A stretch of 64,000 nucleotides of DNA, from the NCBI RefSeq assembly GCF_009914755.1, contig NC_060927.1; one strand, 5' to 3'. Position numbers and translations under genes: made by a program. Position 1 is the first letter of the stretch. The number at the start of each line of letters is the position of its first letter. This DNA is from the human T2T-CHM13v2.0 reference genome, Homo sapiens. Positions 1-11,699 of the stretch are shown in pieces. Below the pieces are notes generated by a model that was given only the letters and a program-made list of their open reading frames with translations, ran no database searches and was not told the origin of the DNA.

Positions 1-3000
1 ATAGTTTGAGGTCTTAGATTTAAGTCTTTAATCCATTTTGATTTTATTTTTGTATATGGTGAGATATAGGGGTCTAGTTTCATTCTTCCGGATATGCATA
101 TCCAATTTTCCCAGCATCATTTACTGAAGAGACTTTTTCCCCAGTGTATGTTGTTGGCACCTTTGTCAAAAATGAGTTCACTATATATTGTGTGGGTTTG
201 TTTCTGGGTTCTCTATGCTATTCCATTGGTCAATGTGTCTGTTTTTATGCCATTTCCATGCTGTCTTGGTTACTATACCTCTGCAGTATAATTTGAAGTC
301 AGGTATTGTGATTCCTCCAGTTTTGTCCTTTTGCTTAGGATAACTTTGTCTATTCTGGGTCTTTTGTTGTTCTGTATAAATTTTAGGATTGTTTTTTCTA
401 TTTATGTGAAGAATGTCATTGGAATTTGACAGAGATTGCATCGAATCTGTAGATTGCTTAAGGTAGTATAAACTTTTTAACAATATTGATTCTTCCAATC
501 TATAAACATAAAATATTTTTTCATTTTTTGGCATCTATTTACTTTCTTTTGTCAGGTTTTATAGTTTTTACTATAGAGACCTTTAGTTTCATTGGTTAAT
601 TCCTAGTTATTTAATTTTATTTGTGGCTATTATAAATGGGATTACTTTTATGATTTCTTTTTCAGATTGTTCACAGTTGGCATTTAGAAATGTTACTGAT
701 ATTTGTATGTTGATTTTGTATCCTGCTTTACTGAATTTGTTTATCAATTCTAATAGTTTTTTTGTGGAGGCTTTAGGTTTTTTAAAATATAAGATCATAT
801 CATATGAAAACAAGGAAAACTGTGTATTTTCAAATAGCTTGTCTTCAAGCTCAGCAAGTCTTTCTTCTGCTTGAGCCATTCTGCTATTTAAGGACTGTGA
901 TGCATTCTTCAGTATGCCAATTGCATTTTTCAGCTCCAGAATTTCTGCTTGATTCTTTTAAATTATTTCAATCTCTTTGTTAAATTTATATGATAGAATT
1001 CTGAATTCCTTCTCTGTGTTTTCTTGAATATCTTTTAGTTTCCTCAACACATATATTTTGAATTCTCTGTCTGGAAGGTCACATATCTGTCTCTCCAGGA
1101 TTGGTCCCTGCTGCCTTTATTAGTTCAGTCAGTGAGGTCATGTTTTCCTGGATGGTGTTGATGCTGGTAGATGTTCTTTGGTGTCTGGGCATTGAAGAGC
1201 TAGGTTTTTATTTTAGTCTTCACTGTCTGGGCTTGTTTGTACCTGTCCTTCTTAAAAAGACCTTCCAGGTATTTAAAAGGACTTGGGTGTTGTGATCTAA
1301 GTCATATCTACTTAGGGGGCACCCCAAACCCTGTAACACTGTGATTCTTATAGACTCTTAGAGGTACATCCTTGGTTGTCCTGGATAAGATCTATGAGAA
1401 TTCTCTGAATTACCAGACAGAGACTCTTGTTCTCTTCCCTTATGCTCTCCCAAACAAACAGAATCTCTGTCTCTGTTCTGAGCCAACTAAAGTTGGGGGT
1501 GGAGTGACATAAGCACCCCTGTGGCCATCACCACTATGACTGTGCTGGGTCAAACCTGTAGCTAGCACAGCACTGGGTCTCACCCAAGGCCTGCTACAAC
1601 CACTCCCTGGCTACTGCCTGTTTGCTCAAGGCCCTGGGGCTCTATATTCAGCAGGTGGTGAGGCTAGCCAGGCCTGTATCCTTCCTTTCAGGGTAGCAAG
1701 TTTTGTCAGGCCCTGGGTGGGTCCAGAGGTACCTGGCAATCAGTGACTAGGATCAAAAACCTTAGAAGTCTACCTGGTGTTCTATTGTATTGTGGCTGAG
1801 CTGGCACTCAAACCCAGAAGACACAGTCCTTCCCACTCTTCTCTCCCCTTTCCAAAGGCAGAGGAGCTTCACCCCAGGTCATGAGGAGTACTGCCAGACT
1901 ACTGCTGCCACCCCAGGCCACAAGGAGTACTGCTGATGTTTCCTTAAGGCCCCGGTGCTGTTAAGTCAGCTTGTAGTGAATGCTGCCTGGCCTGGGACTC
2001 ACCCCTCAGGGCAGTGGGCTCCCTTCTTTCCCAGGGCAGGTCCAGAGAAGCTGTCCAAAAGTCAAGTTCTTGACTTGGAGGCCCCAAGAGCTCACTTGGT
2101 GCTCTACCCCTCTGTATCTGTGCCAGTACCTAAGGTGCAAGAAAAAATCCACTTTACTTTTCTCTCTGCTTTTCTCAAGCAGGAGTTTGACCTGGTAGCA
2201 CCACAGCTGGTAATATGCTGAGTCTCACCTGAAGCCAGCAAGTCTCAGAGGCTCACCCAAGGCCCTTGAAGTAGTGCCGGGGTGTTGCGGGAAGTCAGGG
2301 ACCCTGAACAGAGGGACTGTCTGAAGCCATGGCAGAAGAACATAAATTGTGAAGATTTCATGGACATTTATTAGCTCCCCAAATTAATACTTTAATAATT
2401 TCTTATGCCTGTCTTTACTGCAATCTCTGAACATAAATTGTGAAGATTTCATGGACACTTACCACTTCACCAGTCAATACCCTCATGATTTCCTATGCCT
2501 GTCTTTAATCTCTTAATCCCGTCATCTTCGTAAGCTGAGGAGGATGTATGTCACCTTGGGACCCTGTGATGACTGTGTTAACTGCATAAATTGTTTGTAG
2601 AGCATGTGTGTTTGAACGATATGAAATCTGGGCACCTTGAAAAAAGAACAGGATAACAGCAATGTTCAGGGAACAAGAGAGATAACCTTAAACTCTGACT
2701 GCCGTTGAGCCGGGCGGAACAGAGCCATATTTCTCTTCTTTCAAAAACAAAAGGGAGAAATATCACTGAATTCTTTTTCTCAGCAAGGAACATCCCTGAG
2801 AAAGAGAATGCGTCCCTGAGGGTAGGCTTCTGAAATGGCTGCTTCAGGGGCGGCCATCTTTTACGGTCGCAGCTATAGGGATGAAATAAGCCCCAGTCTC
2901 CCGTAGTGCTCCCAGGCTTATTAGGAAGAGGAAATTCCCACCTAATAAATTTTGGTCAGACTGGTTGTCTGCTCTCAAACCCTGTCTCCTGATAAGATTG

Positions 3001-4340
3001 TTATCAATGACAATGCGTGCCGAAACTTCATTAGCAATTTTAATTTCGCCCCGGTCCTGTGGTCCTGTGATCTCGCCCTGCCTCCATTTGCCTTGTGATA
3101 TTCTATTACCTTGTGAAGCATGTGATCTCTGTGACCCACACCCTATTCGTACACTCCCTCCCCTTTTGAAAATCACTAATAAAAACTTGCTGGTTTTACA
3201 GCTCAGGGGGCATCATGGAACCTGCTGACATGTGATGTCTCCCCTGGACACCCAGCTTTAAAATTTCTCTCTTTTGTACTCTGTCCCTTTATTTCTCAGA
3301 CCGGTCGACACTTAGGGAAATAGAAAAGAACCTACATGAAATATCAGGGGTGAATTTCACCCAATATCTGGCTGAATTTCCCCTGATACCTCATGAAATA
3401 TCGGGGGTGAATTTTGCCCGATATCTGGCTGAATTTCCCAATACCGGGGTATCATTGCTGGTTTTTCAGGGCCCAAGGGCTCCTCAGTTAGCAGATGATG
3501 AATGCTGACAGGACTTGGCCCTTCCTTTCAAGACAGTGGGTTCCCTTCTGGCCCAAGGTGTGTCTAGAAATGTCATCTGGGAGCTAGGGCCTGGAATGGG
3601 GACCTCATGGCTCTGACTGGTGGCCTATTCTGCTGTGGCTGAGCTGGTATCCAAGATTTAACACAAAGTCCTCCCCACTCTTTCCTCTCCTCTCCTCTCC
3701 TCAAGTGGAAGTGCAGCCTAGGGTAAGGGGAGGAGTGATGCCAGCACTCCCATAGTTGCCCAGCTGGTGTCTCAGTAGGTCACATGCCACTCCAGTCCAC
3801 TGTCTCTGTGCCAGGTTCAGCCCTAGGACTCATCTAATAGTTGCAGCCCTTACAGCCTAGACTGCCTTTCAAGTTTACAGACTGAGAGCACTTTGGCCCT
3901 TGGTAGCAATGTTTGTGGGCACTCAAGTTCAGACTGCTGGGATTGGTGATTCCCCTCTGGCTAGTTCTGGTTTCAATGCTCCCTCCCTGCATGTGCTTCA
4001 GCTGAGTTTGGTCCAGTTGTCCTTTCTGCTCTAACAGGGCAGCACTGAATTCAATGTCTCACTATTGCTGTGCTCTCCCTCCCTTTTCCTCCAGAGCTAC
4101 CCTGGGCACCACCTGCCATTGCCAGGGATGGGAAAGGGGTGGTGATGCACTCCAGGACTGTTTTTTCTATCTCTTCAGTGCCTCTTTCAGTGATACAGAG
4201 TTAAAACCAGGTACCATGAGGGCTCATCTGATTTTCTGTTCTTATGAAGGTGTTTTTTTCTGTGTAGATAGTTGTTACATTGGTGTTCTTGAGGGAATGA
4301 TGATTGGCAGATCCTTCTATTCTACTGTCTTGCTCCTGAC
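1..4340 (-). mobile_element. Old LINE-1 (L1PB/L1MA-age): 5'UTR, partial ORF1 and ORF2 remnants, interrupted by a MER11 LTR
   Basis: Minus ORFs 181..534 ([14 protein letters not shown]...[14 protein letters not shown]) and 607..879 (ORF1-like AEERLAELEDKLFEN joined to ORF2-like SLFSYDMILY...KINIQ). About 1330-4340 resembles an old L1 5' region with internal diverged repeats. Confidence 0.85.
2283..3443 (+). mobile_element. MER11 solo LTR (HERV-K11/HML-8)
   Basis: Begins TGTTGCGGGAAGTCAGGGACCC and contains GAACATAAATTGTGAAGATTTCATGGACA twice. AATAAA near 3178. Flanked by 6-bp TSD CCGGGG (2277-2282, 3444-3449). Confidence 0.92.
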
Positions 4341-4344
4341 AAAT

Positions 4345-5416
4345 CTCTCTCCTATGTTTTCTTCTAGTAGTTTCATCATTTCAGGTCTCAAAATTAAGTC
4401 TTTAATTCATTTTGGTTAATTTTTGTGTATGCTGAGAGATATGGGTCTAGTTCCATTTTTATGCATATGAATGTCCAGTTTTACCAGCACCATTTATTGA
4501 AGATACTGTTTCTTCTCCAATGTATGTTCTTGGCAACTTTATCAAAAATCAGTTAGCTGTAAATAAATGCATTTACTTCTGGCTTCTGTATTCTGTTCAA
4601 CTGGTCTATGGGCCTATTATTATTTCAGTAGTATGCTGTTTAGCTTACTATAGTTTTGTAGTATATTTTGAAGTCTGACAGTATGAGGCCTCCAGCTTTA
4701 TTCTCTTTCTTAGAATTCCTTTGGCTATTCAAGGTTTTTTGTGGTTCCATATAAATATTAAGATTGTTTTTTCTATATTTCTGTGAAGACTGTCAGTGGT
4801 ATTTTGATAGGGATTCCATTGAATCTGTAGATCCCTTTTGGTAGTATGGTCATTTTCACAATATTTTTCCAATCTATGAATATATCTTTCCATTTTTTGT
4901 TTTGTGTCCTCTTCAATGCCTTTCACTAGTGTTTTATAGTTTTCCTTGTAGAAACCACTTACCTCCTTTGCTACATTTATTTCTAGATATTTAATTATTT
5001 TTCATAGTTATTGTAAATGAGATTGCTTTCTTAAAATTTATATGGAATCACAAAAGACCTTGAATAGCTAAAGCTGCAGGAGATCCCAGTGGTGAGGTCT
5101 GCAGGTGTCCAAGATGTTGATGGGGGTTGCTGGGATTATCTTGCTTACTTCATCACCATAGGGATAAGTTCCTTCTCATTCCCAACTGATCCTGTTTGGG
5201 AAATGGGGTGGTGGAGGGCCAGCATTCCCTACTGTTTTCTATGTGACCATCTCAACTTTCTATGCTCATTAGGGTTTTTTTTTTTTAACTCTTCTGAGAG
5301 TATTCCAGCACTCTCCCTGTTATTTTTATTAAAATATAGTTGTTTATTCATTGTTCTGGCTTTGTGAGAGGGATGAGCTCAAGGGGCTTCTAGTCAGCCA
5401 TCATGCTGATGTCACT
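4345..5416 (-). mobile_element. Further old L1 fragments (ORF2 region plus 5'-end piece)
   Basis: 4365-5030 is homologous to the ORF2 segment at 1-660; ORF 4729..4926 ends with L1-like [15 protein letters not shown]. Confidence 0.75.
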
Positions 5417-5573
5417 GGGGTCATTTTATAAGGGCAATAATCCCAATCATGAGAGTTCTGCCTTCATAATCTAATCACCTCCCAAAGGCCCCACCTCCTG
5501 TTACGATCATCTTGGGGATTTGAATTTTAACATATAAATTTTGGGGGAAGACACAAACATTCAGACTATAGCA
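5417..5573 (-). mobile_element. MaLR LTR fragment (MLT1A/MST-like)
   Basis: CTAATCACCTCCCAAAGGCCCCACCTCC...ACACAAACATTCAGACTATAGCA is typical of a reverse-strand MaLR LTR 5' end. Confidence 0.7.
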
Positions 5574-6514
5574 TCATGTGATTTACAATTTCAGAGGTCA
5601 TATTAACTAAGTCAGAATGCAGAGCATCTAGATTAATATTGCTTTTAGAGGAAGAACTCTCATTTTTGTTGCACTTATACCCATGGGTGATTCAACAGAG
5701 AAGCTGAGCACAACAGATAGTGTTCATAAGATACTACTCAAGCAAATGGCAGATCTAGCGGTCTCATGCTTTCAGAAATTACATGAACCTCACATGAGGT
5801 TATACAGCAACATCAGCTTTGGTAATGGCTGAAACTTTGCTTACAGTGTCAGATGTTTGCATGGTGGAACAGCTTTCAGCCATGCCATTTAACTCTCCAA
5901 TGAGCCTGCCACAGTGATAAAGCTCTTCAGATCCCTAGACTGGCAGGAAACAACAGCATCACACATAATTATCATCCTCAGAGAAAAGAGTCCATTAATG
6001 ATCTGGGCTGAAACAAGGTTTGAATGCTAATGAAAGGGTGGCCTTCTAGGATATTAATTAGGGGTGACACTTTCAGTGCAAGTTTGACTTTTCTTCTTCA
6101 GATTCCAGTTGAAACTGTGCATTGGATGTGAGCAAAATGCAGATCAGAATGAGAAAAGAAAAGAAGAAACAGCAGAGGACTGGCAAAAAAGCGACAAAAG
6201 GGAAAATAACCATGAAAAGCAAGTCAAGAAAATTTCAATCCTAAAACACAAAATGTAATTCAGGTGCTTATAACTCGGGTATTGGCTTCCCTTTCCCTAT
6301 CATTTGAGATTTAGTAAAAGTGGCTCCACCCTTCTTTCACGAGCTCTCTGGGTAGTGTAATACTTTATTGCAAGATATCTGAGAATCTCTAGGGTTTATG
6401 CCCTCAAAAATTTTTGCATTCTAAGTTTCTCAATCTGCTGAACATGATGTTTCTCCTGCATTTCTCATGCCTGTAATTCTTGCCTCTCTCCTTGACAGTT
6501 GAAGTATGGTCTTG

Positions 6515-6650
6515 AGATTGGTGTATTGGTAATACCTGGGTCTTGTTAGTAATGCAGACTTCCCCACCCCAGACCTACTAGATCAAAATCTGCAAGTTTA
6601 ACAAGATCCCCAGTGATTTTCATGCATATTAAAGTTTAAGAAGCTCTACT
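6515..6650. mobile_element. MER5-type hAT-Charlie DNA transposon remnant
   Basis: CCCCACCCCAGACCTACT...AACAAGATCCCCAGTGATT...AAAGTTTAAGAAGC motifs. Confidence 0.7.
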
Positions 6651-6832
6651 ATAATCAATGCAGACAATCTAGGTATGGAACACAGTTACTTCTTGGTTTC
6701 CCAGAAAAAGCATGGTAGGAATAACAGGTTTTATTACAGATTTGGTGCAGTGGAGGGGTTTATACAGAAGCAATGCCTATACTTTATAATTGCATATTAG
6801 CTGCCCCTAAATTTAGAAGTCCTTGAGCCATC

Positions 6833-7128
6833 TTTTTTTTTTTTTTTTTTGAGACAGGGTCTCAGTCTGTTGCCTAGGCTGGAGTGCAGTGGCGCAATCT
6901 CAGCTCACTGTAACCTCTACCTCCTGGGTTCAAGCAATTCTCCACCTCAGCCTCCCAAGTAGCTGGGACTACAGGTGTGCACCAACCACCACACCCAGCT
7001 AATTTTTGTATTTTTTGGTAGAGACAGGGTTTCACCATGTTGGCCAGGCTGGTCTCAAACTCCTGACCTCAAGTGATCTGCCAGCCTCGGCCTCCCAAAG
7101 TGCTGAGATTACAGGCATGATCCACCAT
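6833..7128 (-). mobile_element. Alu (AluS-type)
   Basis: Poly-T followed by GAGACAGGGTCTC...CCTCCCAAAGTGCTGAGATTACAGG. Confidence 0.95.
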
Positions 7129-7881
7129 GATAGTCTCTTTGGACCATCTTGACTGTTGCTTGACTATCTCTTTTTCTCAAATCTCACATCTCAATTCCTC
7201 TCATTTTAGTTTTCAGACTAATTTAGTTCTCCACCCACAACCAGGCTCTATGCTCACATTTGCATATATAAAGATTCATTTATGTCCTCCAATAAAAGAG
7301 TTATCTATTCTTGCTCTCAACCTTTGGTACCCCAGAAAAACTTACAGTGACTTTGAAGTTTCATCCTGTTCTGTCTTTCTTTCCTTCTGGCCTCTATGAG
7401 TAGAAGGAAGTTGTACAGACATATAATTTTTCTCTGATATGAAGTATGTCATCTCTACCCCACTTAAAAGGCGGAAACTGCTATAGTCACTTTGGATTTT
7501 GAAACAATTTTTTTATCCAACTACATGCCTAAATCTCAATTATTCATTGTAAAGCAAGATAAGAATAGCTTGGGTCATTCAAATCCACAGAGTCTAAACA
7601 CCATATGTGAGAAACCACTTTCAAATATTTTAACAGAATTACAGACAGGGAATGAGAATTATTCTGAGAACAAGTTCTAATTAGTTTTTCTTTATTTGAT
7701 CATTCTCTTTTGTCAAGACCAGCTATTATCTCTGACTTGTGTAACTCTGGCTGGAGTAACCTAGTATCACCTTCCTTATCCAAGTCATTGACTGCTTTTG
7801 GGTTTTAGGGGGATGTCTCTCTAGAATTGGTTAGAGTCCATAACTGGACATTACTAAACATTTCTGGCCAAGGTAGGTGTT

Positions 7882-10243
7882 TAATGTGGGTTGACTCTAT
7901 GTTCCCACCCAAATCTCATGCTAAATTGGAATCCCCAGTGTTGGAAGAAGGAACTGGTGGGAGGTGACTGGATCATGGGGGTGGATCTTCCCCTTGCTGT
8001 TCTCATGATAGTGAGTGAGTTCTCATGAGATCTGGTTGTTTAAAAGTGAGTAGCACCTCCCCCTTTGCTCTCTCTCTCTCCTGCTCTGCCATAATAAAAT
8101 GTATTTGTTTCCCCTTTGCTTTCCACTATGATTGTAAGTTTCCTGAGGCTGCCCAGCCATGCTTCCTATACAGCCTATGGAACTGTGACTCAATTAAACC
8201 TCTTTTCTTCATAAATTATGGAATCTCAGGTAGTTCTTTATAGCAGTGTGAGAACAGACTAATACAGAGAACTGGTACCAGAGAAGTGGGGCATTGCTAT
8301 GAAGATACCTGAAAATATGGAAGTAACTTTGGAACTGGGTAACAGGCAGAGGTTGGAACAGTTTGGAGGGCTCAGAAGTAGATAGGAAGATGAGGGAAAG
8401 TTTGGAACTTCCTAGAAACTTGTTGAATCGTTGTGACCAAATGATGATAGTCATGTGGACAGTGAAGTCCAGGCTGAGTGGTCTCAGATGGAGATAAAGA
8501 ACTTATTGGGAACTGGAGTAAAGGTCACTCTTGCTATGCTTTAGCAAAGAGACTGGGGCATTTTGCCCTGCTCTAGGAATCCATGGAACTTTGGAGTTGA
8601 GAGAGATGACTTAGGGTATGTGGCAGAAGCAATTTCTAAGCAGCAAAGTGTTCAAGATGTGGCCTGGCTGCTCCTAACAACATACATTCATATGCATTCA
8701 CAAAGAGATGGTCTGGAAGTGAAACTTATATTTAAAAGGGAAGCAGAGCATAAAAGTTGAAAAAATGTGCAGCCTGACTATGTGGTAGGAAAGAAAAACC
8801 CATTTTCTGGAGAGAAATTTAAGGCTGCAGAAAGTTACATAAATAAAGAGAAGCCAAATGTTAATAGCGAAGACAATGGGAAAAATGCCTCCAGGTCATT
8901 TCAGAGACCTTTGTGATAGCCCCTCCCATCACAGACCTGGAGGCCTAGGAGGGAAAAATGGCTTTCCAGGCCAGGCCCAGGGCCCCACTGCTCTGTGAGC
9001 TTCAGGACATGGTGCTCTGAGTCCCAGCCACTCCAGCTCCAGCCACGACTAAAAGGAGCTGAGGTACAGCTAGAGCCATTACTTCAGAGGGTGCAAACCC
9101 CAAGCCTCGGTGGCCTCCAAAAGGTGTTGGGCCTGTGGGTGCACAAAAGACAAGAGTTGAGGCTTGGAAGCCATCGCCTAGATTTCAGAGGATGTATGGA
9201 AATGCCTGGACGTCCAGGCAGAAGTCTGCTGCAGAGGCAGAGCCCTCATGGAGAACCTCTACTAGGACAGTGCAGAGAAGAAATGTGAGGTTGGAGACCC
9301 CACACAGAGACCCCACTGGGGCACTGCCTAGTGGAGCTGTGAGAAGAGAGCCACCATCCTATAGACCCCAGAATAGTAGATCCAGCGTTGAAGCCACAGG
9401 CACTCAATGCCAGCTAATGAAAGCAACCAAGGGGGCTATACCTTTCAGAGCCATGGAGGTAGAGCTGCCCAAGTCCTTGGGAGCCCACCCCTTGCATTAG
9501 TGTGCCCTGGATATAAGACATGAAGTCAAAGGAGATTATTTCGGAGCTTTAAGGTTTAATGACTGTCCTTCTGTGTTTTGGACTTGCATGGGGCCTGTAG
9601 CCCCTTTGTTTTGGCCAATTTCTCCCATTTGGAATGAGAGCATTTACCAAATCCCTGTACTTCCATTGTATCCTGGAAGCAACTAAATTGTTTTTGATTT
9701 TCAGGCTCATAGGCATAAGGGACTTGGCTTATCTCAGGTGAGACTTTGGACCTGAATTTTGGGTTAATGCTGGAATGAGTTAAGACTTTGTGGGACTGTT
9801 GGGAAGCATAATTGGTTTTGAAATGTGAGAAGGACATGAGATTTGGGGGTGGGGATCAAGGGCAGAACGATATGGGTTAGCTCTGTGTTCCCACCCAAAT
9901 CTCATGTCAAATTAGAATCCCCAGTGTTGGGGGAGGGGCCTGCTGGGAGGTGATTGGATCATGGGGCTGGATTTCCTCCTTGTTGTTCTCATGATAGTGG
10001 GTGAGTTCTCATGAGATCTGATGGTTTAAAAGTATGACACTCCCCCCCTTTCTCTCCTGCTCTGCCATAGGAAGATGTGCCTTGCTTCCCCTTCATCTTC
10101 CACCATGATTGTAAGTTTCCTGAAACCTCCCAGTCATGCTTTCTATACAGCCTGTGGAACTGTGAGTCAATTAAACCTCCTTTCTTCATAAATTACCCAG
10201 TCTCAGGTATTTCTTTAAAACAGTGTGAGAATTGACTAATAGC
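7882..10243 (+). mobile_element. Full-length MaLR provirus (THE1D/MSTA-like): LTR 7882-8266, internal 8267-9867, LTR 9868-10243
   Basis: Two ~380-bp direct repeats around a THE1/MST-type internal region; purine-rich tract before the 3' LTR; 5-bp TSD GTGTT (7877-7881, 10244-10248). Confidence 0.92.
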
Positions 10244-11351
10244 GTGTTTCCTTGGGATCAGATGATCAGGAACATAGGGAGTCATCAGACTTACTGAGAG
10301 AATGAAAAGAGGAAATGTTTCACCTATCTCCACATAAAGTGGAAGGAAGAGAATGTTTCACACATAGTAGATAGAAGGATAGACTGGGTGGGTGGCCTGC
10401 ATGACCAATAACACATCAGATTAATTTGTTTTATAATCAGCAACTTCTAGTATATACTAATCAACTTTGATCACTAGAAGTGTTGATAAAAATAGTCTTG
10501 AGTTCAATTGAGTTCCAATATTCAGATTCACAAACTTTTTTCAGCATCTACTATGTGCCATGTGTGAGGCCTGGAAAAACACAAATAATTATGAAATAGT
10601 TACCACCTTCAAGAAGCAAATAATTACAAAATGGTTCCCATCTTCAAGGAGCATAGTCACAGGACAAAATTAATTTGAATATGATATGTATATCCTATGA
10701 TAAGTATACATTATCTTATATAATCACAGAAGATTTATTTTCCTGTCTTGGGCAATCAAAAAAAGCTTCAGGAAAAGATATCTCCTAGGAAGAGATTTTT
10801 CTATTCTTCTGTGGTGGAGATTCCTATTTTCATCATATCCTTTCACCATGAAAGTTAGGTTTCTAAGATAAGCAACATAACTTTCCTGAAGTTTTGTCTC
10901 AGAGCTATTAAAATAGAGATGTTGAAAGAGTCAACAAAGCTGTAATGTGAATGTGAAGATCTACGGAAAACTGATGTTAGATTGTGAACTCCTGACATAA
11001 AATAATTTGGAGGATGACTACTAGACATCATTTCAAGCTGTGGTGACCTTATAAACTTATTGCCCAAATTAAGACACTCTGAGAGTAATTGAGGGACACT
11101 ATTAATAATTCCTAGGCTACAAATATAAACTGAGACTAACCTGAGTGAGCTGGTAATAGGGTCACTCTAGTGTAAGGCCATATTTCCAGTCATCTGGGAA
11201 ATAGTAAAGACTTCTAACAACATACTTTGTAATGACCACTGGTCTTCCATATCACATTGAGGTTAAACTGCTTGTGAGGGATTTTTGAATAATATTCTGA
11301 AACATAAGATTAATTTTTGGCCTTGAAATTAAGCAACTTTTAAATGTTAAG

Positions 11352-11699
11352 TGCTATTGTCTGAATGTTTTTCAGAATTCATATGTTGAAACTTAATCCC
11401 CATGGTGGTGTTGTTATGAGGTGGGGACTTTAGGAAGATGATTAGTCATTCCGGCTCTCCTCTCATAAACAGATTAGTGCCTTATAGAAGATCTGGAGGG
11501 AAGTGGCTTAGGGTCTTTTTGCCTTTTTGGCCCTGCAAATATGTGAGGACACAGCAAGAAGGCCCTCACCAGACACTGAATGCTGGTGCCTTTATCTTGA
11601 ACTGCCCAGCCTCCAGAACTGTAAGAAATAAATTTCTATTGTTTATAAATTACCCAGTCTGTCGTATTTTGTTATTAGCAGCACAAATGGACTAAAACG
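11352..11699 (+). mobile_element. MaLR solo LTR (MLT1A/MST-like)
   Basis: TGCTATTGTCTGAATG...CCAGCCTCCAGAACTGTAAGAAATAAATTTC...GCAGCACAAATGGACTAA. Confidence 0.8.

Noticed and set aside
1-5030. Apparent duplication of 1-660 at 4365-5030
   Set aside because: Two diverged L1 copies covering the same ORF2 region, not a segmental duplication.
8563-9837. Several 65-121 aa ORFs
   Set aside because: They lie within MaLR internal sequence, are fragmented, and show no recognisable domain.
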